A DNA stretch of 64,000 nucleotides. It comes from Oikopleura dioica. Lineage: Eukaryota; Animalia; Chordata. The translations under genes and the position numbers were made by a program. The notes beneath the pieces were generated by a model. It did not search any database. It was given only the letters and a program-made list of their open reading frames with translations, and was not told where the DNA came from. Position 1 is the first letter of the stretch. Each line of letters starts with the position of its first letter. Location of the stretch: positions 8,308,001 to 8,372,000 of the forward strand of contig OU015567.1 of assembly GCA_907165135.1 (NCBI GenBank). Direction: 5' to 3'. Positions 1 to 12,839 of the stretch are shown here, in pieces.

Positions 1-1173
1 CAAAAACAATCAAAGGAATTCTCTTCCTTGATTTCCGAGTCTCTTTTTACTGTTTATTGAAAAGCTAACCTTGAAGTCTGGATAAAGCGTAAGAAAATAC
101 GCGACAAAGGCGAGGCCAACAAGCCATTCGCAGGCAGCTAGAGTGAGATCGAGTGGGTAGGAGGGCGAGTCTTTGTCCCAATTGAAATCTGTTCGGTCGC
201 CGTCCGTTCCGTTGACTGAAATTGAACAGTCAAAATTGGATTTTTATTGCAAATCATGGATGAAAAGGGACTACTACACATGTAACTGATCCTAGAGCTT
301 CTAGTTTTCATTAGCTTCTTACATGCTCTTTCAATATGCGCCAATTTGCCAACTACAATTGCCGAAATATAGGTTCCCACTGATATGAAAGCAATAAAGA
401 TTCGAATCCAAAAGATCCACATATCCACCACTTCTGGATGCATCAAGTACGTTATCCACGCTTGAAGGCCGCTTACTGCTGTTCCAGCGGTAAAGGTCAC
501 CAAAGCGCCGGTAACATGCGCCAGGTAAACTCATTCGCGCATTGATTAAAGTCGTTCAAGGGATCAATGAGTCTATTAATATTTCCCGCGGAAGAGTTCA
601 ATACGTTCCTTGCGGCCACGGGTCACGTGCTTCTTGGAAATTCGCAACGATGAGGAGACCAGCGGAGGATAAAATGCCGAGGACAACGCCGGCTGCGTTG
701 AGCTTCCAGATTTTCGAGATTTCAGAGCAGCGGGACTGGAAGTGCTGCACCTAAAGAAACGGCTCGTCTAAAGGACCATGATTCAGATTTCTACACAGGT
801 TGTCGAGCCCTGCTTCTCCAGAAGATACCGAAAGAGTCGCAAATGAATAATTTCGTTTCTACTACTGTAATGATCCAGATTGTGGTAAATTTACCTGTCT
901 GAAGCGAAAGTACGAAAGAAAGGCAGACATGACAGCGGACATGTTCATAAATAAAGAAAAGAGTGAAGATTCGGGCCATTGCGCGCCGCACATCGAAATT
1001 AGGGGCAAAAGAGGATCAATATGGCCTGAAGAATAATTACTTTGCGGCTTCTGCTCCCACGGGTTAGCAAATTAACCTGTTAGGACTGCGACGATGTAGC
1101 AAAGCAGCCAGCCGACGAGGGTCCACAGGGCGAAGAAAATCGGCAGCCATGTCAAGTTCAAATCGAGATACAT
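1..1173 (-). CDS. DRAM/TMEM150 (Frag1/DRAM/Sfk1) family multi-pass membrane protein, multi-exon; 3' end may run off the window
   Basis: Exons translate to MYLDLNLTWLPIFFALWTLVGWLLCYIVAVLT, HIDPLLPLISMCGAQWPESSLFSLFMNMSAVMSAFLSYFRFRQ, GLLIVANFQE, HVTGALVTFTAGTAVSGLQAWITY...WIR and ACEWLVGLAFVAYFLTLYPDFK. This matches the TM order and the NFQ and xxEW motifs of DRAM/TMEM150. ATG at 1173, with TTTTTCAG about 15 nt upstream. Confidence 0.85.
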
Positions 1174-2308
1174 ATTTTTCTCTCGTCTGAAAAAGAATCG
1201 TAAATGATTATGTTTTCCTACGGGCAGCGTCATTTAACGAATCGTTAATTTCGTACTGGCGACTCAGAAAAAGTACTCTTCTTTTCTGTTTGAAGGAGGG
1301 GCAATAAAAATACGTTTAGTTTCTTATACAATAGTACAATACTTTTATGACCATTTTGTAAAGAAAAATATATATACTGGTGCTTTTAAATTCCTTATGT
1401 TTGATCTAATTAAAAAATGCATTTTTATATTACCGAAAGCGTAATTTAACACTTCTTCTTCTTGTTCCCTCTTTAATCTCTTCTACGCTTCCATAATTTC
1501 TAGGAAGACTAGCTGATTCCGCGAAACTTCCAGACATTTCAAAGACTTTACTATTTCTCCGGCTCCCCATTTTTTTTATATTTTCGGCCAAAATAAAAAC
1601 GAAGATTTATGAGAAAATTCCTCACAAAAACACAGGTGCATTTTTATATTCAAAAATAAAGCGAAAGCAGTTTGCGGCTTTCGAGTCAAAAATTTCAACA
1701 AAAAGCCGAACGCGGCTAATCGAAGAAATACAAAAATTCAATAAAATTTCGTTCACGATAAAACCTTTTTCGAATCAAAAGTGAAATTTTACCTAGTTAC
1801 GTAACTTCTTCAAAAGTCTTCGTTTCGTAAACTCTTCATAAAACAAACTCGAATCTCTGCTCAAAAAAAGTATCAATTCAAAAAAAGCTCTTCTGGCGTC
1901 TTTCTTTGTTTTTTCTTCTGTCCAGCTACAAGTAAGCTGTTTTTCTCATGGTGAATGGCCAATTGACTAGCCCTTCTATCTTTTCTTTTCTTTTTGTATT
2001 ATTTTCGCGTATTTTGCTGGTTGAGCCACTCTCGGAGATCTGAGCCAGCCCCAGGGAGCCAAATTCGAGGAACAGAGGGCGCCTCGATTGGATACCGACA
2101 GAAAGGGAGGGCCAATCGACGCGCGCGAAGAGGAAAGTCGAAAGATTCAAGGGAAAGCTATTTATTCCTGATTTCGCGGTATCATTAAGTTATTAGTTAT
2201 TAATTAATTATCAAGTTATTAGCAAGAGCTATTGAGTTATGAAGAATATCCATTGAGAATAATTATTGTAATTTGTCTCTTTTTATTAATTAAATACTGT
2301 ATTTAATT

Positions 2309-2894
2309 TTAGAAACAGTAAAACCAAGCGCGGTGGAAATCAAGGCACAAGTAAACAGTACTAGCAATGATGAAGTACAGCATGAACACAATCATTCTGA
2401 TCGCAAAGGCTCTTTCGGCTTGAAGGATTATCAGTTCTTTCGTTGTTTCTTCTTGGATTTCGATCGTTATTTCTTTTGAGATTTTCTCAGTGACTTGCGC
2501 GGCAAGAGCTTGCTCTTGTATTTTTTTGAGCTGGAATTGAAGATGTGATGAAATCGTTGGAAAAGAAGAGTTTTAGATGAAAGACAAGGCTGATAAAAGC
2601 GATGAGAATAACGAGTCCGATGGTCAGCCAAAGGCAGGGCGAATTCCGCACGATTATCGCAAAGTACGAGACGATGAGGATAACGAAGGCGATTAAAACA
2701 GTTACAGAAAGCGCGGGGATCAAGTAGTAGGAGCATCTGTTTCGCAAAAGTCCAACCCGGAAGCTTTCACTGCGGTGGGGAAAAATAGAAAGAACCAACA
2801 TAAGTCCGATGATTGTCCAAACCATCGTTTCGCTGACTGCCTTAGTTGTTCGAGAACACATCGCGTGAAGGTCGTTTTCTTCGTAAAAATTCAT
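2309..2894 (-). CDS. Hypothetical multi-pass membrane protein (spliced; may extend to about 1430)
   Basis: ORF 2487-2894 has three hydrophobic segments (VWTIIGLMLVLSIF; YYLIPALSVTVLIAFVILIVSYFAIIV; LWLTIGLVILIAFISLVF). A further hydrophobic frame (RMIVFMLYFIIASTVYLCLDFHRAWFYCF*) ends at 2309. No family recognised. Confidence 0.45.
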
Positions 2895-3290
2895 TTTCGA
2901 ATTGGTTTTTAGTTTGAACTGAAATGATGAACAATCGCAAGCTTTTATAGAATCTTCTAGGAACGAAAAGGCACGAATCAGTCAAGGTTTCCATTAGCGG
3001 AAAAAGCATTGATGTCAAAAATCAAGTATCGTCTATCTTTCCACAGATATTTTCAACATGCAGTGGGTTAGATTTGCAGAGTGACTAAAGGTCAACGCAA
3101 TTTCCACGACTCAAAGAAAATCAAACGAATAAGACTACGATTCAGGTTTATTGAAGTTTACTCAAAAATGATTATTTCGTCAAACTTAGATTTGAAACTT
3201 CTGAAGTGACTTTTTCTTCTTCGCTCTTTTCTTTGCTTTCTTGAGATTCAGGGAAGAGTTCTGGCATGTAATTCTTGAGCAAAGCCGGTG

Positions 3291-4560
3291 TCATTCTAAC
3301 CGTTTGAACCCAATCGCACTCTTCGATAGAACCATCTTTGACTTCGATCCCGATTCTGAGATTTTTGCTTCTGAAAAATATGAGAAAGGAAAAGAAGAAG
3401 TCCCTTACATGGCCATATGCAGAGCTCTTCGAATGGCAGAAACATTTTCTTCAGCAATCGGCTTTTTAATCACAAAAGCGTCTTCTTTTTCTTCTCCTTC
3501 GATGTGGAACTGAGTGTATTGATACCCTCGAGCTTCGTACTGTGCCCTGAGCTTTTCGAGCGTCGCTTTTTCTAGCAAGAATTAGCGAAAAGAGGGGGGA
3601 TTCTGTACTTACTTCTTATTACATCTGGATGACCCGGGAATAAATCAGGCATGTGTTTGACGAGTTTGTCTGGATTCTTACGGACCTCGTCGGTCCAAGA
3701 AAAGGCCCACATTTGATTTGGGTTTTTGCAAAATTGAACCGGATCCGCGTTCTTCTCCATTACTATCATTCCATCATTTCTACAAGCATCTTATTCATGA
3801 AACAGAAAGTCAAACTTACATGGCTTCGTAGAGAGCAGACTTGATTATCGGAATTTTCTCTTTTGAAAACGGACTAACGAGCAAAAAAATTGGCTCATTC
3901 TTGAATTCCGCCACTTGGTGACAAACATACGCGAATCCTTCTCCTTGACGGATTTTTTCAAAGGTTTCCCACTTGTTTAAGTTTTTTTCGTCGGCGATTT
4001 GCTTGTCCAATTCAGCTACAAAAGACTAAGAAAAGGAGCAATTCTCTTCCTCACCTTCTATATCGGATTTACTCATCAAATTTATATCTTTTTCTTCGTC
4101 GACGAATAGTTCCGGAAGCCATCTTCGCAGTTGTTTTTGTTCTTTTCGGACTAAACTAGCCCATTTGCACTCATAATGGCCCTGTTCTTCTTCAAGCACG
4201 ATTTTAAAGTTCCTCTGCCTACATGAAAAGTGATAGAAATCGCTTGGTAAAGTTGAGTCTTACACTGCTCGATAGACAGCCTCACGAATGGCGCGAAGTC
4301 TACCTGCTTTCAAAGGTATCTGAATGACCATTGTATCTCTGCTCTTTTCGCTGTCTGATGTTGTACTTTTTGCAAAATAAAATCCTTGCGAAGAACTCAT
4401 GTTCTGCTTCTGTATCTCTTTGAAAGCTGCAAATGCGATCGAAATTTTTCTCGAGCGATTTGAACAAAAATATTCTAGAGATAAAAAAGGGAATTAAGGA
4501 TGAATCTACGTATTCATGGTGATTACAAAATAAATGAATGATTTTTTCCTTCCAAATCAT
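3291..4560 (-). CDS. Hypothetical multi-exon protein, family not recognised
   Basis: A chain of open segments separated by short AT-rich introns: MIWKEKIIHLFCNHHEY..., HYECKWASLVRKEQKQLRRWLPELF, KWETFEKIRQGEGFAYVCHQV, NPNQMWAFSWTDEVRKNPDKLVKHMPDLFPGHPDV, KATLEKLRAQYEARGYQY. Confidence 0.55.
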
Positions 4561-4806
4561 GTTTTCGGGAAAAAATCGGAAACTCTACGACCCTAGAATT
4601 TTTCCATAATGTCAGGAAAAAGAAAAAACAGTGATTTGTCCTTTTCAATAGGCGAACAAAAGCTAACTTTTCAAGTGCATGAACTCCATAGAGACCGATT
4701 ACTTTTGTACTCCTGTATTGTTTCCCAAAAGAAAAATGATTCCGCCTGATTCAAAGAAGTGAATAAAAAAAATCTCAATTTTCAACGAGAAAAAAAACTG
4801 ATAAAA

Positions 4807-5144
4807 ATGGAGCCTTCTTGGGAGCTTGTTATTCCTGTTATATTCATAGTGATTATATTATTGATCTTGTTTTGGAGAATCAAGAAGAATGAAGCAACGC
4901 TAGGTGGGTCTTTTTCTTCTTTCAAATCAAGGAAGAGAACGAGCAAAATTTTATCAAAATAGGTCCTACGGAGAGAGGTCTACAAAACTCAACTATGGCG
5001 CGGCAAACTGTAATAACCGAAGTGGATGCTCTACCGAGCCGATCAGAAAATGCTCTTCCCGGAATAACAGATGCTCCTCCGTCTTACGATGAGGTTATGG
5101 CATCTTCCATCTCCCAGAATCACGACTTGCCTAAAGTCGATTAA
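4807..5144 (+). CDS. Small single-pass membrane protein with a cytoplasmic PPxY motif
   Basis: Exon 1 reads MEPSWELVIPVIFIVIILLILFWRIKKNEATL. A canonical phase-1 GT-AG intron (4904-4962) joins it to GPTERGLQNSTMARQ...TDAPPSYDEVMASSISQNHDLPKVD*. Confidence 0.7.
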
Positions 5145-6460
5145 CCCATCATCATCATGTCTGTATATATTCCGACCTGCAGAGAAACAAGAAACTGTAA
5201 ATATGAAATCAAACAACTGTAATTGAGCGAAGTACGTTATTTATTCTTTCCTTCATGTTTTCTTTTATGATTTGTTTTGGGAAAGTTTCCACATGAGATA
5301 AGGAATAAAATAGTATTTGACAAGCTTGGCTCTTTTCTCGGAGTTATCTTTTTATGAGTTTGTTTTGTTGTTGGTTTTTTTAGTAAAATAATAATAATTT
5401 CAAATTGAACATAAATTAGGTAAATTGTATTTTTGGTTGATATTTGCACGAAAAAGGGAGGCGAAAAAGGACTTCCCTGAGAAAACGAGACAAGACCTGC
5501 ATATTTTTTGTAGTAAAACAAGAAGGTTCGGGTCAGTGTTGAATTTTTTCATGGATTTAGGAACTTCAAAATGAACCGGAAGAGAAAGGAGGGTAGAAGA
5601 GTTTCAATTTTGAATTTGGATTCCAGATGTTTTTTTCACAATTTTACAGAGAAAGAGAGAGGAGAGTTAAATATATAAACTTTGAAATAAGGGAATTTTG
5701 GGAGGAACAGATGGAGCACGAACTGAAGGGAGTAAGATTTGGGAATATTGGCTGTCCTTTGCAGTTCGTCTTTTTTTTCTCGACTTGAAAAGACTTGAAA
5801 ATTTATTATTTTCTGAAGTTTGACTGTGGGTAACTTAGACTTGAAAGAGAAGGATAAAAATAAGAGAAGAAGGTGGGGAATTATATAAATATGTAAAAAT
5901 TAGAATAAATCTTTTTAAGAAATAATGAATTTTCGCTAATAACGAAGGCTTAATTTGAATCTATAAATTACCGCAAACGCGGGTGGAGGGAGTCTCATGT
6001 CAAGAGAGAGAGAAAGTGTTTACGGTGACCAGTCATCGTAGTCGTCCGTTTTGGACTTGAACATTGCACACGGATTCTTAACCCTAAAAAAAGATGTTTA
6101 GCTGGCTGATTCTCTCGCTGGGTGATATTTATTCTACCACTTAGGTAATCTTATTTTGGGCGCTTTCGTCGAAATAAAGCTGTTTATAAAACAAATAAAT
6201 TCAATCCCGAAAATCTCATAATTCTGAAGTCGAAATGTTTTGAATGCTGATACGATATTTTAAATTTTAAAAGAAGGCTAATGCATTCAATCAGATTGCG
6301 GTTGTTATCTCTTAATCCCATGCCAAAGAAATATTCTGAAATAAGAAGAGAGGCTCTTTCTATAGGAATTCTTGGGTAGCTGAACTAACAGAAATCTTAT
6401 AAGAGTATAATTACCTGTGTATAAGAAGATACATTGAATTTCGGTATTCGAAGAAGCTGA

Positions 6461-9400
6461 CTAACCCGAAGCTACCTCCAGGGTATTTTCAAGATTTGTC
6501 CTAGAAATTGTTGAAAAACCGATTTTAATTTTGGTTTGGCTTACAGTTGCTTCTCAACACGCTGGACAGGAAGCTCAGCTGAACGGGCCAGCCGTTCGGT
6601 CTCTTCGGAAACGCTAGAGTTTGAGAGTTAAAGAGTGGCTTTTTCAAAGATCGTCTTACAATTTTTTCTCGGCAGGGAGTTGAACAACTTTGTATGAATT
6701 TAAAGGAAGTTTGATTTTCTTTCGAACTGGCTCGCTGGATGGCGATTGCGCCTCGCCTGAGTCGGAGGACAAAGCCGATCCGAAGCCAGAGCTGGAGCTT
6801 GAACTCGACAGGGAACTTGATGAACAACTCCACTCGGAGACGCCCTCCCGGGGCTGCAGAGTTGCTGTTGGCAAAATAATAACTAGATTAGGATTATTTA
6901 GTTGATGGATTTTTTGAAAGTCTTCACCTTGGTTTTCTTCTCTTAGAGTTTGTTTTATCGTATGAATCGTATGCTGGGTATGCTCGGCTTCATGACTCTC
7001 AAGAGAAGAAAGATGCGGAGCAGTCTGATTTTCGTCAGTACGTTTTGGTTTTGGAATGATTGCGCGGGGCCGCTTGATCACCCCTGCCCGAGCTGGATCG
7101 GCAATCGTTACCGCGATTTGACCGACCACTTCTTGGCCGAGTGCGGGAGCGCTAGAAAGCTTCACCAGCTTCGGGCTATTGTCGATGATCCTCTGCGGCT
7201 CCTCGTGAATGTGATGTTGAGTGATCGTAAAGGTCTCGGGCTCGCTTTCGATTACTGGCGCCTTTTCGATTTTGATTGAAACACCTTTTTGTTCTGGCGT
7301 TTTCAAGCTTCGCGACGCCCTTGAATATCAATAAAGCAACAGTTGAACGAAAGATCCTACTTTTTTCTTTCTTTGTTGCTCCACTTCCAGTCAGGATGTT
7401 GTTTGTAATGCTCCTCTTTCATCATCTTAGCTTTGTTTATGAATCTTTGCTTTTCATCACTATTCAGGGTGTTCCACCATTCGCCTGGAAAATGGTTAGA
7501 TAATGTACTGATAGATAAGATGTACCTAATATTTTTGAAACGGATCGATTATCCTGCTTTGGATACATTTTGTGCACCTCCCCACGGTAGAATTTTGAAA
7601 AGAGCATGAATGCATTCATCGGACGCCTTAATTTTTGAATTAGTTTAAAATTGCACACTCAAGTTACTGTACCTGATATGGTTCTTTTTCTTAGCTTCTT
7701 TGGCAGTAAGTTGTTTGTTTCCTTGTGGCTTGCTAAAACAAAAACCATGAGCGGAAATTAAATGAGCTTGAGGTTTACCTGTCATCACTAATGCTTCTGC
7801 CAGCTTGTTCCTGAGTTGTTTCGAAACCACCATTTGACTGGTGGGTGCCGTTTTGACTGCTTGTTGAGCTGCTGCTTCTGTGTCCATTTTGTTGTTGCTG
7901 CTGCTGTTTATTGTTGTTTGGCGAGCCGCTGTGGCCATTTGAGCTTCCGTTTTCGCCAAAGCCGTTTTGCGGGTTTTTATTCGGACCTTCTTTCTTTGAG
8001 TTACTCGGATCGTACTCGTTGTTGTCTTCATTTGTTTCTCCGTTCAAGGGCTCTTCAAAGGTTTCGCCTCTTCTGGGCTTCGGGAATTCAGGCAGGAGCG
8101 AGTGCCAGGGATGGCAGACAATCATACTACTGTTGCTACTACCGCCAGAGGCGCTAGAAGTTGAGTAAGCGTTTGTGGCGTTTGAGCTGCTATTTGCTTC
8201 GGACACCGGAATGGGCGGTGAAATGTTTTCAATCGTTCCGTTTTGCTGGTGGTAGTGGTAGGGCTGGACGGAGGGTAAAGGCAAGCGTGGCAGTAGTTGG
8301 AGCGGCGACTGGACGGTCGAGAGCTTTGGCTCCGGGCGCGTCGTCGAGCTATCGCACTGGATGTGGTCGGTGATCGTCGGCGGCGACTGGCTGCGACCGG
8401 CGGGCGAGATTTCAACACGGAATTTATCGCCTGGGCCAGGTGTTGGAACTAGAAGCAAATATTGAAACTACTGTCGCGTTACTGTTTAGTTTACCGAGTG
8501 ATTCGATCCCAGAGTCGTCCATGTCGCGATTTCGACATGACGATTGCGGCGTGCGGAAGGAGTCGTTGTGGAAGATGCGACCGCAAGTGGGAGTTATTAC
8601 AGAGCTTCGTCCAGATTGGGACATTGGTGTTTTCGTTGACCTTGCGCTCGCTGGGGAGAAGCGTTTTGGCGAAGGACTGAAATCGGTGGTTTTTAAAATT
8701 TAGAAACTCGGAATACCTTGGAGAATAAATAGAGTTGGAAAAATGGATTCCCGTTTGTGGCGTCGTCGACCTGGAGCTATTTTTGAGCGATAAAAGAATA
8801 GAAGCCGCATCGCAATCCGTCAGAGAGGCGTTAGTCGGGATGCTTTTTAAAAGGATAAATTTTGATTGATTTGAATTTAGTTTTCAAAATGAACAAGGAA
8901 ATGAAAGACCAATCCAATAAAAAATCGCGGGAGCGGGGATCTCAAGGATTAGAACGAATAAAAATTTAATCCAATTCCTGTTATCTGCGATGGAACTTGG
9001 TGGACGGGATCGATTTCCATCCTGTTTGGATCTGGCCGATAAGTGACGCGAACAGAACCCGCGCCGCTGGCTTTCCTTCACGCAATCGCCCTAAATTAAA
9101 AATTAATTCCGCAAATATAAACTCTTCTTCTGACCTTAGAGCAAAGTCTCCTCCACTGTTTGCCGTTGAACTTTTTTCGCACGCCGGTTGGTTGAGTTAC
9201 GACTTCGCCTTTTCGATACTTGTGGGTGTAATTCGACGGCTGGCTGGTGATCGAGTTGACTGAGTCGGGCCTGTCGAGGGAGGAGATGTCGTGCGGGGTA
9301 ATGCTCTGCGTGGGGGTGTTTATCAAGGAGGTGCCGTTGCCGTTCGCGAGGGGGCACTCGCCCGGTTCGTACTTTGGTATCACTTCTTCGATTTCTTCGT

Positions 9401-12400
9401 CTTCGTTCTCGGACCCACTGTATTCTTCCTGAAAGAATGGTGTGAGAAAATTGCTAACAAACAGTTTCAAACTTTTGAAGAATCGAGAAGGATCATACGA
9501 CAGAATGTGTAAGAACAAGTTCCGTTTCTACTTTTCAGGTGCCTATTTTAAATAAAAGGACAAGCTGGCAATCGAGTTAGATAGAGAGCGGGGATTACCT
9601 TTTTATCTTTCCGTTGGCAGGGAGCATCAAGTTGTCTTCCGGGCAGACTTCCATGCCCCTTGACGTCTTTCGCACCCGTTTCATGATTTGCTTGTTGTCG
9701 GGCGCCGACTTCCATGGCGGCTCGAAGGGCCTCAACTGGTCCGCCCTAATCCGCAGCTGAAATGCATTATCAGAAAACGTGTGTGTGTTTGGCTCCTTGA
9801 GCTTTTCTGCTTATTAGCGCTAGCTTGATCTATTTTCGAAGAGACTTACTGTTCGATCAATTGGATCAGGATTCTCAACAGGACAGGGATCGAGCTGGAC
9901 GTGCCAGTAATCGCCATCCCGGCTGATCACTGTGCATTCCTTGTACGTGTCCTTGCTTACAGCTACGGCAGCGCGCATGTTCGCTTTGTATTGCACGTGG
10001 GGATCGTATTGATCATTCAGCAGCTAGATATAATCATCAGTTTAGATTAAACTGTTCCGTACTGATTGTAATCGTGGATCCTGTTGGAACTTATAAAATA
10101 CAGAAATAGAGATTACGTGTATTTGTCATCGCTGACGTTTTGGATGGGCACTGGCCCCAGGACGTGTCAGTTTGAAATTCCAAGGCTATTTCTGGATAAC
10201 TACAGCTTAACAGCTCGTGAGAGCGACTGTATGCACAGTTGCTTTTCGTGAATAGCCGTGGAATGCAAATTGACTTGCCCCGAAACGGCCCGTGCCCAAA
10301 CTCACTCGTTGAACTTGGCCAAACAAGTGTACAAATGAAGTCAAATACACACACATAGACCCTGTTTCCGAGTGACAGAAGTTCAAACAAGACCTCTAGG
10401 ATTCAACAATTCTAAAAAATTCAAGGCAACAATTCAATTTCAAGCCGGATTGTTTTCGACATAAGCCGCTATCAATTTCAAAATGCTACATCGGTACATC
10501 GGGGCAGAAATGCTAGAAGAAACGTTCTAGCGTCCAGCTAAAGTCCCCTTGATCTGACGGGTCAGCCAGAGCCGCGCCTTAGATAATCCACCACCAGTGT
10601 TTTAAAGAAACGCTCTTACCATGCATAAGTCGCCCATCGGCTCGGAGAAAAACGTTAAATTGGTGTCGCCGGCCATCATTACTCCAACGGCGCCGTCGTC
10701 TTTGACCTCCTGGACTTGGGCGGTGCGGAAGGTGTCGCCGCGCCGCGCCAGCACCTTGAGACCGAGACATTTCGAAAGCTCCTGGTGGTTGCGGCGAGCT
10801 TCGTCCGACTTCTTCGATGTTACGGAGCCGAATAGACTTCGAGGGTTGGGCCGGCTGGGAGTCACCGGTTGCGGTTGGTTTGGAGTCGCTTGATTTTGGT
10901 CAGCCCCGTCTGATGGAGAAGCACGGTACAGGCACACCCCACCAGCGCCGACTCCTGAAGGTATTTTTAGCACATTGTCATTTCATGTTACCCTGATTCT
11001 AATATTTTAAACGACGTTCAGAATATTCTGTTGTATTTACTCGATCTAAAATGCATATGCATTTTTTATATTTTCTCGACTGGAACAATATTCCATGATA
11101 GATCAACTACCGTACTGGCTCTAGTACAGTAAATAATCTAATGTGACAAAGGTTCATTTCAACTGGCATTGATTTTAGTTGAAAAAAGGCTGAGCACCGG
11201 CGGGCCTCGGATCGAACCACTTCGATACTGTATAATTTCTCCAAGAACTTACGTTGTATTGAAAATTAATAAAACAGCGCAAAAGTGGTTCGATTTCAAT
11301 TTTCGTCTTGTCGATCGATAAGTGATGATGTAAAATATTTCTTCTAACATGAAAGTATTACTGTATAAAAAAGATAAGAAGAGTAGTTCGACCCTCAAAT
11401 CTCAAATCTAAAATCAATCTCAAATCACTTTCATACTCATACAGTAATTTTTGTGCTTCAAATCTTACTCTATGACTATGCAACAGGTTCGATTCGAAAT
11501 AAAATCATCAGACAATTAAAGATTTGAGGATAGAACTACTTTTATACAGTAATACTTTCTAGTTGGAAGAAATATTTTACGTAGCCATCACTAATTGATC
11601 GACTTGGTATAATTGAATTAGACCATCTTTGCGCTGTTTTCATAATTTTCAAAAAAAAGTCAGTTCTTTCAGAAATTATACAGTATTGAAAGACTTCAGC
11701 ACTGCTCTTAGCAAGAAACAAGATAGAATCAATTCTGATAAAAAAAACTAATACTGTAGTAGTAAAGCAGGTCCTTTGAATATGGCGAGAGAAGAAGATC
11801 AATCTAATTGGCTCAAGAATTTGGATAATTTCGAAAGCTTCCGTAATTACCGGGCAATGAGCTTCCGTCTTTTGTATGCGCGCGCGCTCTGAGTATCGCC
11901 AAGTGGCGCCCTCGCCCAGAGAAATCGCGATAAGCCAGAAAACCATTTCAAGCGCATAAAAATGAGCTTCAAATTACTAGTTTTTTCTTTTCAAAATTCT
12001 AACTTTGTCGAACGGTTTTGAGCATTAGAAAGAAAACTAGAAGTTTTGGAAAGGCTATTACAGTACATAATTATTTTTATTTAACTTTTGACGACTTGTT
12101 TTCAAGGCGAATAATATTGAGATAGCTCACGGGCGAAAGAAGCTTAAATTTTTTTTCTATTTCAAAAATAAGGCTCTTATGTTTGTTTAAAAACTAACCA
12201 TTTCTAATTTTGACAAAGGATAAGTTGTAAAGATGTCATTATTGAATTGAAGTCTTAGTCAGCGGGATTAAGGGTGTCAACAACAGCTGAAGATTACGCT
12301 TGGTCGAAGTGCTAACCTAGGAGCGAAATAGTGGAAATTAAGAAAAGTTGTAAAAACTCAATGAATGAAAAATATAAATGACTAAAATGTTCAGTTAAAA

Positions 12401-12710
12401 TTTAAATTATTGAAAAATCACTTCTTTGGGAATGAAAAAGTCAGTGTTTCTATCTGAAAACTCGTAAAAATAAAGCTAAAGATTACTGGGAACCAGATTG
12501 AAAATCAAAAATAAGCTCGATTTTGCAGCAGAAAGCAAATTTTTAAATGAAAACAATATCATTTTTTAGTAACAAATTTTAACCCAAAATCGGCAGTTAA
12601 CCTGAAGTTTGGCTTGGCAGCTGGTGAAATGCGGATTTGAGCGGGGCCGTGTCTGTGGGTGGGTTGGGCTGTAGTATCTGGTGACTCTGAGTGGTGGTTA
12701 GCTTCGACAT
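6461..12710 (-). CDS. CIC: Capicua (CIC-L type) HMG-box transcriptional repressor
   Basis: HMG box [35 protein letters not shown]|[34 protein letters not shown] (about 7380-7630). CIC-L N-terminal motifs: [66 protein letters not shown]. First coding exon 12710-12602 (MSKLTTTQ...QTSG) is phase-compatible with the acceptor before GVGAGG. Confidence 0.9.
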
Positions 12711-12839
12711 GGTTGGGCCCGAGCCACTGTATTCTTGCTTCTACTGTGTTCTCTTCATCCGAAGGCTAACCCGAACCAGCTCGCGTCCGAATTCAATCAC
12801 TAAAAAAGGGCTTCGGTTAATTTCGGGCCATTTGGTTGG

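Noticed and set aside
9849-10023. Compositionally odd segment apparently inside a CIC intron
   Set aside because: It translates on the minus strand as a CIC-L exon ([12 protein letters not shown]...WHVQLDPC) with proper splice sites.
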